Shown: positions 11,044-22,478 of the stretch, piece by piece
Layout: each line of letters starts with the position of its first letter
Numbering within the stretch: position 1 is the first letter of the stretch
Origin: Adineta vaga
Lineage: Eukaryota; Animalia; Rotifera
Assembly (NCBI GenBank): GCA_021613535.1
Contig: CP075495.1
Location: 10,354,001-10,418,000 of the forward strand
DNA length: 64,000 nt
Direction: 5' to 3'
Program-made: the position numbers and the translations under genes
Notes under the pieces: generated by a model
The model's database searches: none
What the model was told of the DNA's origin: nothing
What the model saw: only the letters and a program-made list of their open reading frames with translations

Positions 11044-14000
11044 CAAGTAAAATCTCATTCACACAAATAATTCTTCTTCATACATTACAAGTGCGTTTAC
11101 GATACCTTTTCAAATAAAATTCAAAAGAATATGTCATTACGGTTCTTATTGATCAATATTCTCATTTTACTTCTATCAAGTTCTCTTTTACAAGCTCGTT
11201 ACCGAGTTCATCAGAAACGACGATATTCAATATCAACTCAACCATCTCTATCATCATCATCATCTTCGAATAATAAAAATATTCCTGCTAATGTTAAAGA
11301 ACGTCGTGAAACAAATATTGAACAGTCTTGGATGGAAGCAATGAAAGAACTATCAAGTACAATATCTTCTGTATCACAACATCGAGCAAGTGAGGAACAA
11401 ATTGAACAATTTACTCGTCTTTTAATTGAACGATTAAATCTACACGAAGCTCCAAATGTAACAGTGAATGTCAATGATGATACTGGTTTACCAACGTCGA
11501 TATTTAAACAATTGGGAGAACAATCGAAAGAACATCAACATTTGCATGAAAATGAAGGAAAACAACATTCTCATCAACAACAACTTGATGAAATTCATCC
11601 AACAGCTGAACGTGCAATTCTACCTGGTGATTTCTTATCGAATCATACATGCAATCAACAATTATCAGCCAAATTAAATTTGTTGGATACTGATCTACAA
11701 AATCTCGACTGTTTTCGTTTTACAAAATCATCGAAAGAATCAAAAAGTTTACCAACTAATCAAGTGATAACTCAATTACGTTTATATGTAAAAAAGAATT
11801 ATTTTAATTTAAATGAACATTATCATAAATTATCACCAGATATGTTTCAAGTTTATCAAATCTTTCGACCAACATCTAGTGATACAACACAACATCCTCC
11901 ACCAGGTCTCACAGATACAACACGTTTGTCAATAGTTCAATTTCGAGAATTAAACGATAATTGGTTTGAATTAACTCTCGATGCAAATAATGAAAACACA
12001 AATATTCAACAATTGTACAAACAACTTCTTATGCCTTGGTATGGACTTGCCATAGATCATGATCTTCATGTTCCATTATCAAATCATCACTACTATCGAC
12101 AATATCATTCGAAAAGATATAAACCATTTTCTTTTCGTTCAGACAATGAAGATGAAACTAGTAAAGACAAAGATTCTCAACAACTTCCATATATGTTAGT
12201 TGAATATGGTGAAAAAATTCATCCATCTTCATCTGGACGTCGTGGTACACGTGATGCAACAGCACGTCCAGCTCGTGGTTGTCATCCGACAAGTCCATGT
12301 TGTCGACGTCCATTAACTATTGATCTTGATCAAGGTAATAATGCATTGAATTTTGTTATTTATCCAAGACAACTTGATATTGGTGAATGTGTTGGCTTAT
12401 GTGGTATCAGTGGATCATCACTTAAACATACCGATGTTAAAAATGCTCAACAAAGAAATGAACAAAATTCAGCATATAATTTACTTTTACTTCAAAATAG
12501 TTTACATTCAAATCGAAGTACAACAACAACTCAGATCAATCGAATAGATCAACATTCACCACAATGTTGTTCTTATTCACGTACAGGTGGTCTCGAACTT
12601 ATGTATACAACTACGAATGGTGGACCGGTTATACGCAAATATATACCTAACATGGTTGTTGAAGAATGTAGATGTGGATTACCAGCAACGCTTCAACAAG
12701 TATAGAAAACAGATTGGCATGAATCTGCTAAGAGTTTTGTCGTAATTATCATTGTTGTCATTTTTCGTTGTCTTCATCTACCTCTGTGATACATATGTCA
12801 TCTAGAAAAGTTAAGACCGGATGTTAAGACTCATGGAAACGTTCAAAAGAAATATATGTAAATGAGAGAAAAATCTTTTTCGTCAAGCTCGGTGATTTTA
12901 AATAGCTCCTTTTCTCTTTTCTTTTCACGTTATTCTTAACTATTGTTTGTTGTGTGTATGACCGTCTATCTTATATTTTTCTTTTCGTAATCTTCTTTGT
13001 TAAATGCGTAAGTTTATCAATGTCGAAGAAATGCACGTATATGTATGTTTTTTGTTGCTATTATTCTTCATCAACTTGTTCCGTTTCTTCTTCTTCTTCT
13101 TTGTTTATTATTTCTTAATCTTTCGAAATACTTCTGAGTGCATTCAGTAAGGCGAACAGTCCAACCGCCCAGTCGCTGAAAGCTTTTTCTTCTGTTTTCT
13201 TTTTTTCTTGTATTTGTGTTCATGACCACCTGTTAAATTGATCGATATTAATTATAATATATCTAAAAGCCAAAGCAAACATTGTTTTTAAAATAATTAA
13301 AATTCTTGCATACTCGAAATTAGATGTACGAAAATGCTAACATGGAGCGCTATTTGAATAATTTATACTTAATACGATAATGTGTAATAAGGAAAAACCA
13401 TCAGTCTAATCATTAGTTAAAGTAACTCTTTCTTGTTAGAAGTATTCCCGGAATTCGATGTGAGCATCTATTAGAAAGATTTTTATGTCGTAAATTTTAT
13501 TTAAGTACTTCCTACTATATTTTCCAATAGACTCTTAATGTTATTTTTCTAATGAATGTAGACAAAGAGTTCACATTTTTTTCTTTTCAAATATATTGTA
13601 GTACCTTTCCATGTGAAGAGATCTTCAATATTCTTCGAATATATATGTTTACAAATGTAATTATAAATATGTGCGTAGATGTCTATCGTCATTATTCAAA
13701 GAAAGAAGAAAAAAAAAGAAATCATTTGATATCTTTCGAACTGATAGTGTTGGTGCCCTTGCTTAGCAAATGTCATTGTCGACTGTGACAACAAAAACTG
13801 AAAGATAGATATACTTGGTAGGTTGAAATATATGTCAAAGTATATATCAATAATTATATAAGACGATGGAGATAGGAATAGTAAAACATAAATGAAGGTC
13901 GACTATGTGATTGTTAGACTATAGAAAATTGACATATAATACTTTCAGAATCTCTTTTCATTTTCTCGAACTTTCTCTCCTACTTGACAGACGTAACCCA

Positions 14001-15209
14001 CGTTATATAATTAGAAAATAATAATCAAGTCACTTATTCATATTCTAAGTAATAATTGAGATGATATTTATATATATATTGTTGATGTTTTATGAGAACT
14101 TTGTTGAGTACGAAGGTATGTCTAACTATTTAAAAGAGGAAAAGAATGTTTGAATTATATGATGATTCGATAATATATTATCGTATGTGTAGACTTATTC
14201 ATTTCAAATAAATTTCTTCATTAACTCGAATAAAACTAGTAAACTTTAAATAGAGCATATCCTTTCATTTATCAAATATTTTAAATATGAATATTTATTC
14301 AAGTACATTTTATTGACAAAATTTCACCTAATCAATCGAAAAAAAAATATAAAACAGACAGAGTATGGAAGGTCATAGGTAGTAGTTCTTGAATTTATTT
14401 CCCCTTGGATTTTATATATGAATAAACATTAGTTTAATATTTCTCATACTATTCACCTTGAACAAGAGGAGCCTGTAATAAACATTTGAATGAATAAATA
14501 TTCTCTAACAATTGACTTCGTACATTTATATGCAAAAAGAAACGAATGTATGACCTTGTTTAATAATTATATTTTAGTTTTACCATCAATTCAAGCACAA
14601 TCAACTCCTATTTATAGTACTATTGGCAAATCGATACATTTACGTTGTTCAGCCACAGTACCGTATGATACATCATTATATTGGCAACGTTTAGATAGTC
14701 ATAATATTTCAAATCAATCAACAAGATTTCGTCAACAACAACATATTCATGGTGATCTTTCACATACAACTTTATATATAAAAGATCTTGAAAAAGCCGA
14801 TTTTGGTATTTATGCATGTTGTGCGGAGTCAAGAGCTGGTCGAAGTAAAGCAGTTATACAACTAAAAGGTACTTCTAGTAAATAGATCATTATCTATAGT
14901 TTAAATAATGAACATATTTATTTCTATTTAGAACATTATCATTCAACAACAATGATAACAACACAAACTTCAATTGAAATTCAAATGAAAGAAAATGATC
15001 TATTAAAAACAACTACATCACGTACACAATTACTTAAACGAAATAAAAGTAAACGATTAAGTGTACTTCTTTTGTTCATTTAGTAAATAAATTATTTTTC
15101 AGTTTCAGAACAAACAGCAGCTATTGCAAAAACGAATATGGCATCGTCAATTTCATTCATTTCTTCTTATCTCTTAATATTCATTGTATTTCTTCTCTAT
15201 TTGTACTAA
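3674..15209 (+). CDS. IgLON/lachesin/DIP-type cell adhesion protein: signal peptide, 3 Ig domains, Thr-rich stalk, GPI signal
   Basis: Exons are 3674-3740 (signal peptide MFWLLFINLLLIIQ), 4907-5251 (V-set Ig, ..DDEGIYTCEVNTQP), 8941-9246 (Ig2, MKCQARGRPMPYISW..GHYECRASNGV), 14578-14868 (Ig3, DFGIYACCAES), 14932 to about 15050, and about 15103-15209 (hydrophobic C-terminus). The first four junctions are phase-1 GT-AG; the last donor is uncertain. Confidence 0.82.
6786..7703 (+). CDS. Uncharacterised multi-pass membrane protein (about 305 aa, intronless), nested in IgLON intron 2
   Basis: A long uninterrupted ORF with roughly 8-9 hydrophobic segments and a basic/polar C-terminal tail. I recognise no family. 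Confidence 0.75.
   Translation: MHRTDSEESISTKNRADDLFFVLATGILPIIAQGAYIFDVFYYHTYGELSTGYEGLLSSILSVFAYLQYCVPFRSRYVRFFYHLFLWILSEVGTLGHLVSYAKKDDVLHVVLYALWATIDSIYFICLIYCRVFGKSRGLHVHMPIKQEHLFHFISRLEVILAIFIPVFFNTHLITMTRDNIAFYILFDFFAEHYHRFNGIKIKATLYIFVVAVTASVTTEWIHVARHEQRFEIASLICEIVAACLCYSLIVMQFFPSNFAQKKSRKSKRLEQITARMSVTTERTSDNRSTDQVSNETETEKVAKF
8016..8456 (-). CDS. Solo C2-domain Ca2+/lipid-binding protein (125 aa), nested antisense in IgLON intron 2
   Basis: Exons are 8456-8284 and 8220-8016, separated by a 63-nt GT-AG intron. C2 motifs: LSVTIVEAKELKDED, NDAYVEV, NNPQWNETFQF, LHIKVYDDD..DSIG. Confidence 0.9.
9847..10334 (+). promoter_or_regulatory. Cluster of five TGACCT nuclear-receptor half-sites plus one ETS site (CCGGAAGT, 9977-9984)
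   Basis: TGACCT occurs at 9847, 9932, 10006, 10213 and 10329, all in the same orientation, 0.8-1.3 kb upstream of the TGF-beta ligand ATG. Confidence 0.45.
11009..11039. repeat. (AT)n microsatellite
   Basis: A run of about 15 AT units just upstream of the TGF-beta ligand ORF. Confidence 0.9.
11131..12705 (+). CDS. TGF-beta superfamily ligand precursor (9-Cys activin/myostatin/TGF-beta-type pattern), intronless, nested in IgLON intron 3
   Basis: Signal peptide; prodomain with ..LLIERLNLHEAPN..; furin site RRGTR; mature domain with C-x5-CC, CVGLC, CC and IPNMVVEECRC. Confidence 0.93.
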   Translation: MSLRFLLINILILLLSSSLLQARYRVHQKRRYSISTQPSLSSSSSSNNKNIPANVKERRETNIEQSWMEAMKELSSTISSVSQHRASEEQIEQFTRLLIERLNLHEAPNVTVNVNDDTGLPTSIFKQLGEQSKEHQHLHENEGKQHSHQQQLDEIHPTAERAILPGDFLSNHTCNQQLSAKLNLLDTDLQNLDCFRFTKSSKESKSLPTNQVITQLRLYVKKNYFNLNEHYHKLSPDMFQVYQIFRPTSSDTTQHPPPGLTDTTRLSIVQFRELNDNWFELTLDANNENTNIQQLYKQLLMPWYGLAIDHDLHVPLSNHHYYRQYHSKRYKPFSFRSDNEDETSKDKDSQQLPYMLVEYGEKIHPSSSGRRGTRDATARPARGCHPTSPCCRRPLTIDLDQGNNALNFVIYPRQLDIGECVGLCGISGSSLKHTDVKNAQQRNEQNSAYNLLLLQNSLHSNRSTTTTQINRIDQHSPQCCSYSRTGGLELMYTTTNGGPVIRKYIPNMVVEECRCGLPATLQQV

Positions 15210-15297
15210 TAAATAAGAAAAAGAAAAATAACGTCTTTTATAGTCAAATGTTTCTTTCTTTCTTTCAAAATCTAATTAATTATCTTCTTGATAAAAA

Positions 15298-16188
15298 ATG
15301 GCCAATCAATCAACAGATTTACTAAACAATTTATTTCAACAAACACATTCAGGAAAAATGAATCTTATAACATTAATACAAAATTTATCCGAGAAGAATC
15401 TATCATCTATACCTGAGATTATCTACGATGACAATGGTCGATATGTTCAACTTAAAAATGATGATATTCTTCGAAAAAATTTCGTTGACAAATTCATTCA
15501 ATATGATGAATCTAGCATTCCATTGAGTACCTACTCAGGTTAATAAAAGAATTTTGTTCTATAAATAGATTAGAATGTTCATTACTCTCGTTTATTTTGC
15601 GAATAGATTATTTTATACTTTCGAACATTAAGACAATAATATATATTTAGTATAATGAGATGACAGCTCAAGGTTTAGACAATTATAGAATTTATATTTT
15701 CATGAAAACAACCTTAAATTAGCTTCTTTCATAGACAAAATGAACGGCACGAGACCTTCTATAAGATCTCACGCGAGAATGAACCATTTGCACGTGATCA
15801 AAATGCTTATAGTCTATGTCGTGCAATCTAAAGCAGATTTTGTTTAAAAAAACCAAAGTTCTTAATTTTAGTATTTTCATCATCATCAGCATTAATCAAA
15901 AGCAAACTATCAAATTTATCACTTAATGAACAATATCAATCGATTGCTGATGAATTCAATCTTTCAATACTTGAGATTGAAAAACAATATGAATTAGCTT
16001 TAAAAAATCGTCTAGAAATTCCGCCAATTTTAATGCGTCGATTAATTATTGATGCGATTGGAATTTTTCAAATCATGATCAATGAATTTAATCATGATAC
16101 TGAAAGAAATGAAGGAAAATTTCAACGAATTTCTAAACGTCTTTCAGAACTTGAAATATATAATAAACTATTTGATCATCATTGTTAA
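15298..16188 (+). pseudogene. Hypothetical, possibly degenerate multi-exon gene
   Basis: Protein-like segments at 15298-15538, about 15735-15830 and about 15889-16188 are flanked by splice-like signals. I could not join them in frame, because stops occur in all three frames after the acceptor at 15606. Confidence 0.35.
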
Positions 16189-17545
16189 TAAGACTACTGA
16201 CATATACAAGCTAACATTTGTTTTGAAAAATAAATAACTCGTAGGAAATATATTTGCCCTCGAGATGTTTTCGAATTTGATAAGATAGTAACGTTCAATT
16301 AATTGGAATACTTGTTTGCGCAGGTGTTCTACCTATCAAAGATATATTTATCAATGGTAGATGTTTGACCGACAGTGTCTACTGCCTTATGAAAATTGTA
16401 GAAGATATATTTTTACTTACTGAATTAATACTTAACGAATTGCTATTTTTGAGAGGCGTAGTATAATTTTACTCTCGATCGGAAATAATTACATTGATAG
16501 AGCTGTTCAGACGTATGCATGAAAAATAAAAAAATAATTATTTATTGAAATATCGGCATGAATTGTAATAACTTTAGGTAGATTTGCATATGAGATGTAT
16601 TTTATGCATGCAAAGCAAATGTTCCTGTTCAAGGTTTTTTAAATATCAATGATGAAATACAAAATAATTATATTTAGTTTTGTTTATTATACTATTGATA
16701 GTTATAATGTTAAATGATTATCATACTGAGAAAAAGTCTTGATATATACGAAAAACGAGTTGTTTATTTTACAAAATTTATTTTATTAGTTCTTACTTCA
16801 AAAACATTTATATTACAACTTTATTGATTCTTCTATCTAGTCATATAAATAAAGCTAGATCAAGATTAAACAGTTTTTCTTGTGACAACCTTGGAAAACT
16901 CGACTATTTATTCGTAGAACAGTCTTAAGCAAATAAATGTATTTATATTGGATCAGGCAGATACATTCTATCAAAAGGACAAATAGTTTTCTACATTTTC
17001 CTTATTGATCTAAAAAAAACAACCGAAGAAATATCGTCTGTTATGTTCTCGAAATAGAACATATCATGTATGTTTGTCGTACTACGGCCGAGTAGATAGA
17101 ATGTTTATTTCAATAATTCGATACTATCTTTCTACATATTGTAACTTCGAAAATAAATATTTGCTATTGAACACATATGAAATACTCTTTATGATGAATG
17201 AAAAAACGTCAAGATGGATTATTCATGTAATCGTATTTGTGCATGAGTGATTCACTTGGGATATTCTAAATTAATAATGAATGTAATTATTGTTGTGTAA
17301 AACATAACAAAAAAAGCTCAAGAATTTGTTTACTAGTCTAGATTAGATTCATTTTTAGAATGTAAATCGAAGCAATTAGATCCTCCTTTGACAATTAAAA
17401 AAGTTGCACATGAATAGTTTTTGTTTTCATGTCTTAATTATTTATTCTATTATAATCTACTCTTTTTCACGCATTTTAAACAACTAGAATACAGAGAAAA
17501 ATATGACTGATATACTTGTTTTTGTCATGTCGAAGTTTATAGATA

Positions 17546-18047
17546 TTATGCATCAGTAGTAGGAACATCTAAATAGAAGAAATATCCAGAAAAATTAGTA
17601 ATGAAAACGGAGATACTTACGATTTTGTCTTTTTGGGAAAATGACAAATTTCAAAATCATTAAAAGCGTTACAATACCAACAATGGTCAAACAACCTAAG
17701 CCAAAAGCTAATAATTTCCAAGCTGCTTCGAAACCTACACATATAATAAATAGAAAAGAAAATGATCATAACTTTTAGAGCTAAAATAAAAATATTGCTA
17801 GAATCTTCTATTTCTTCTGATCAGTAGAGCCTATTCTATAATTGGATTTGCAGTTTTATTCTGTAAAAAGCTTTTGCAATTTGATGTACTTTTCATTTTC
17901 AGTGAACCTTAACTTCATATAGACTTTATAAAAACATGCTTTTACTCTCATTAACTTCTGCATTATTTCGAATAGAAATCAAAATTTACAAGAAAAAAAA
18001 TCAAGTGACAAACCTAATCGTTCATCAGAAGCTTGTGCAGTTGCCAT
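17546..18047 (-). CDS. 56-aa single-pass membrane microprotein (3 exons)
   Basis: Exons 18047-18014, 17734-17621 and 17568-17546 join through GT-AG phase-1 introns to give MATAQASDERLGFEAAWKLLAFGLGCLTIVGIVTLLMILKFVIFPKRQNHVPTTDA*. Confidence 0.65.
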
Positions 18048-18846
18048 TTTATACAGTCTATACACGGAATTCTTTGTGATATATGTCGTCTTCTAGAAGA
18101 AAAACAATAAAATAAGCACCATAGATTGGCGATGTTCTTTTTTTCTACTTCTTTCCTTTCCGATAGCCTAGTCTTGATTGTGCTAGATAGTACCAATCGC
18201 ACGCATACAATATCTGTTGTAAGGATTGACGATACCAGAAAAATTCTCTTATTTCTGTTCTTTTATGTTCTTGGTAGTACTTCGATGTCTGTAACGTATG
18301 AGAATAGAAAATAACAAGATAAGATGTTTGTACATTGAAAATGGCAAGTAATTGATAGCTTCTAGTACAAGAAATCTTTTTACTTGATCAAACGTTGCAA
18401 AAGATGACTTCAATAGGAATTTTTATTTCCTGTTCAAAAAGTAATGACCTGGAAAAAAAGTATAGTCCTCTCTTCTCGCATTAAATGATCAATGATTCGT
18501 GATGAAAAGTTATGATGAACTAACGGACATAGTGAGTTCCTTTAGTAATACTGAAAGTTCTGTTGTTCATATTTTTAAGGTTACTTTCTCAAAAAAAGAA
18601 AGTGATTTATTCATAATTGTTTTCATTTGGAAAGAAAAATAAAGTTGTATACTTAAAAAAAACCAGAAAAGATTTAAATATCGTTTCTAAGAAAAAGTCA
18701 TTGAGTGCAATTGCAAATGATATTTTTTCTATATGTACAACTAGCAATTCATTGTACTGTGATAGTATGACATCTATGAAGAAATATTAATTGTATTGGT
18801 AAATGAAATATAGAAGAATAAATCGTGGACTACGATCAAGCTGTCA

Positions 18847-19152
18847 CCACGTCAGTTAGTTCGTTTATTAGTCTGTTTCTTTATTTCAATTCAATCCAAA
18901 AGCTTATAAAAATCATAATGGCCATTGAGTAATACTTGACTCAAGATTGATTAATTCGCGAAGAAGGACGTCATCGACATTTATTTGATTCTTGTGAGTC
19001 ATAGAGAAAATAAACATTTTTCTTAAATGAGAATGAACACTTTTCAAAATTTCTGTTTTCTTCGACTTTTTTTCTGATTCATATTAAGAATTACTTCAAT
19101 TACCTTTATATAAGACAACAGAATTTTCTTTTTCTTTCTAATCTTGAGTCAA
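18847..19152 (+). promoter_or_regulatory. UPRE-like CCACGTCA (18847-18854), a CRE-like site and three AP-1-type TGA(C/G)TCA sites upstream of UBE2J1
   Basis: CCACGTCA is the reverse complement of the XBP1/ATF6 UPRE TGACGTGG. TTGACTCAAGATT (18936-18948) and AATCTTGAGTCAA (19140-19152) form a 13-bp inverted pair. A further TGAGTCA lies near 18996. Confidence 0.45.
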
Positions 19153-19288
19153 TATTATAGACTTATTCTTATTCTTTTTTATTCGATCATTAACAAATAT
19201 TGGATAACTGAAATTATTTGCATCGAAATGGTATTTCTCTTCATAATTTTCAGATTTCTTCCTGCTTCTCTTTAAAACTCTTTCAATC

Positions 19289-20571
19289 ATGGCAATGGCA
19301 TCAATGTCTGCATCGATGGATCAAGCACCTACATCATTGTACAATACACGTAGTACTTGTAAGTTAAATTATTAAATTTTTCTCTATTGAAAATAAAATT
19401 TTTATCTTATAGCTGTTAAACGTCTAATGCGTGAATCTGTAGAAATGAAAGATGCAACAGAATTATATTTTTGTCAGCCAATCGAAGTATGTATTACATT
19501 TATATATTACGAAAAAAAAGCTTTATTTATTTATTTATTAATCAAACTAGGACAATTTATTTGAATGGCATTTTACTATTCGTGGTCCTATTTCGACCGA
19601 ATTTGAACAGGGCATTTATCATGGTCGAATTCTATTTCCTGTTGAATATCCAATGAAACCACCATCGATCATTTTACTTACAGTAAGTTTCATTTGTATT
19701 GATATGTTCGTTTTGATTTGATTGTCAATGTAGGAAAGTGGTCGATTTAAAATAAATGAAAAAATTTGTTTATCAATATCTGGCCATCATGCTGAAACAT
19801 GGACACCAACATGGGGTGTAAGAACAGCTCTATTAGCAATTATTGGTTTTATGGAAACACCTGGGGAAGGTGCACTAGGCTCGCTCGATTACAGTCCAGA
19901 AGAACGAAAAATTCTGGCTAAAAAGTAAGACATAGTTCCTGTCATCGTAAAGAAATCGAACTAAAATGATTTTCTTGAGTTTATTGTATGCATTACTATG
20001 CTTTGAGAGATATTATGTGAGATCGCGTAATTAAATTTTAGACAAATGAAATATTATTTTCTTTTCTTTTCTTTGCTTTGTATAGATCTGTATCATATCA
20101 ATGTCCAAAATGTGGCGTAATGAATAGTGAAATATTATTACCATTATCAGAAAAATCAGTAGATGCTCAAAAAGAAGCAAAAGAATTGGGTAATCAAATT
20201 AATTTTGTAAAAGTATGTTGTTCGATTTTTGTTGATCAAGTCATATCACATAATTTCTTTTCTATTAGAAAATTGAAACAAAACCAGAAGAATCATCGGA
20301 AAACACTGCTGTTGAAACTACGCCAATACCTATTCCAACAGAAGTAAGAACGGACACGTCTTCATCTAATCTTTCAAATACGAATACACGGCCAACAATA
20401 AATCTAACTGCACCACGTCAAACTGAATCAGATAATAATTTATTGAGCATGTTCATTTTTCTCTGTTGTATGATTCTATCATTTCTTCTTCTTCGACGAC
20501 TATTTATAACTTTCGGAACAAATCGAACATTTCCACCACCATCAACTGATCCATTTCATGATGATTTTTGA
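19289..20571 (+). CDS. UBE2J1: Ubiquitin-conjugating enzyme E2 J1 (ERAD, tail-anchored)
   Basis: The spliced protein reads YNTRSTSVKRLMRE..DNLFEWHFTIRGP..GIYHGRILFPVEYPMKPP..SGRFKINEKICLSISGHH..TALLAIIGFM..GALGSLDY, with a C-terminal transmembrane segment followed by RRLF. Confidence 0.95.
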
Positions 20572-22478
20572 AGGACACATTGTTCGACACATGAACAGAC
20601 CTTCCCTATGCATATATTCATGAATAAGTTAAACGGCTTTTACTTATGAAAAAAAAAACGCCTTGATTATCAATAATGGTTCTTGTTTTGTTTTTCTTTT
20701 TCCTGTTTATATCTCTACATATATTCGCATTCGTTTTCTTTTTTCAGTTAGTCACTCGGTTGTATAGAATATTTTAAGTTTTGTTTTAATTTCAATAAGA
20801 GACAACAACAAAAAAAGAGAGTAAATTAAGTAGAACAAAGCAACTCTTATGTATATACCTATTTAAACCTGCTGTGAAATTTTGATACATTTGATTGCAT
20901 TAATAAATAAAAGCGAAGAATTGTTCTTGTTTTGTTTTTTTTCTTCTTGAGAAAATTTACAAGGAATTATTGTTTAAATATCGATGAATCTCGATACTTC
21001 CGGAATCTTCATTATCAAAAGATTGTCTATTTGATTCTATAACTAATTATTTTGAACTTCAGTTAACATTCAAACAGATAAATATAGAATGAAGAACACG
21101 AATGAAAAATAGATGATTACTATATATGACATTAATCATCGTAAGTGTTCAATTCTACGTACGATTTCTTCATTTCTATTTATAGTTTTTACATGTCTAG
21201 TAGTAATTAGTTTGAAAATATTCGATGTTTAATTTAAAATAAAGAGAAGTTAGTGGTTGGTGATAACGGTTTTAGAAGAAAAAAATTTTCCGGTATGGAA
21301 TAGAATGCAATATATTGATGAAGGTCTTTCCGTTATTTGATGATAAAAATGGTTTGTTAAAAGTGTTTTCACTCTATGACTTAAGTGTTATTACCAATCT
21401 GATAATGTCAACATTCTATTCAATCTAACTGATGAAACGTTGATTAGAAAGGTTTTGAGTAATGATAATGAATATAACATGAAAATGTAAAAATAACTGA
21501 GAAACAATTAAAACAACGAGTCTTGGTAATTTCTCCGTTTCCATCGAGAAATTTACGAAAAATCTCTCTCATTTCATATATGGTTTTATAAGTTGAATGT
21601 CGGGAAAATGTCATTAGGCTTATAGCAAAAGGAAAACTATCATTTCATGCCATTTATTAACAATCGATATAGATAGTTTTTCGACAAAAAAAAACACGGA
21701 AGATGTTAATTGATTTATGTAATCGAAATGACGGTTAGAAGACACCAAATGTAATGGAGAAATGATGTTTTTTTACTTTTCTAATAAAGTAAACTAAAAA
21801 TCAATATATTTTTTTTTGAATAAGAATTTGACCTTGAACATGATGATATTTCATCTATACTTATCATCACTTCAATTTCGATGACAAATTTAGAAAACAA
21901 ACAGAAATTTTGCCTTGATCAACTATATAGGAAACTGGCAGTTATGAATGACATTTCATAGTCATATGTCATATAGAATGACATATATGCAAAAGCTATT
22001 TCTTTTGAAGATAGATAAGTCAACTGAAGAGCAAAACGTTGATTTCTGTTGTTATCGATAAACTGTCTGTCATTTATCAGTTTTAGTGTTATTCTAATGC
22101 ATTATCTTTATTATATATATATATATGATAAACTCTCAAACAAATGATGATTGAATTAGTTAATGAAAATTTAATAGAAAAGATAATTGAATATGAATTC
22201 AAATGAAGATAAGTAAAATAGATTTGAAAATATTTATTTTCTTTTGTATGTTTGAAATGAATATAGAATTAAACCTCTTTGGATTATGAAGATGAAACGT
22301 ACACATTTACGTTACAGTTGAATGCATCTATTGATGTCATTTCATTTATTTTTGATGTATTTGTAATAATAGAAGAAACATTCAAGAAGAAAAGTAACAG
22401 ATACTTGTATTTATTTATCGTTACAATCGCTGACTGATCAAGGATTCTCATTTTCCTTTCTTTCTTATTTCGTAAACA

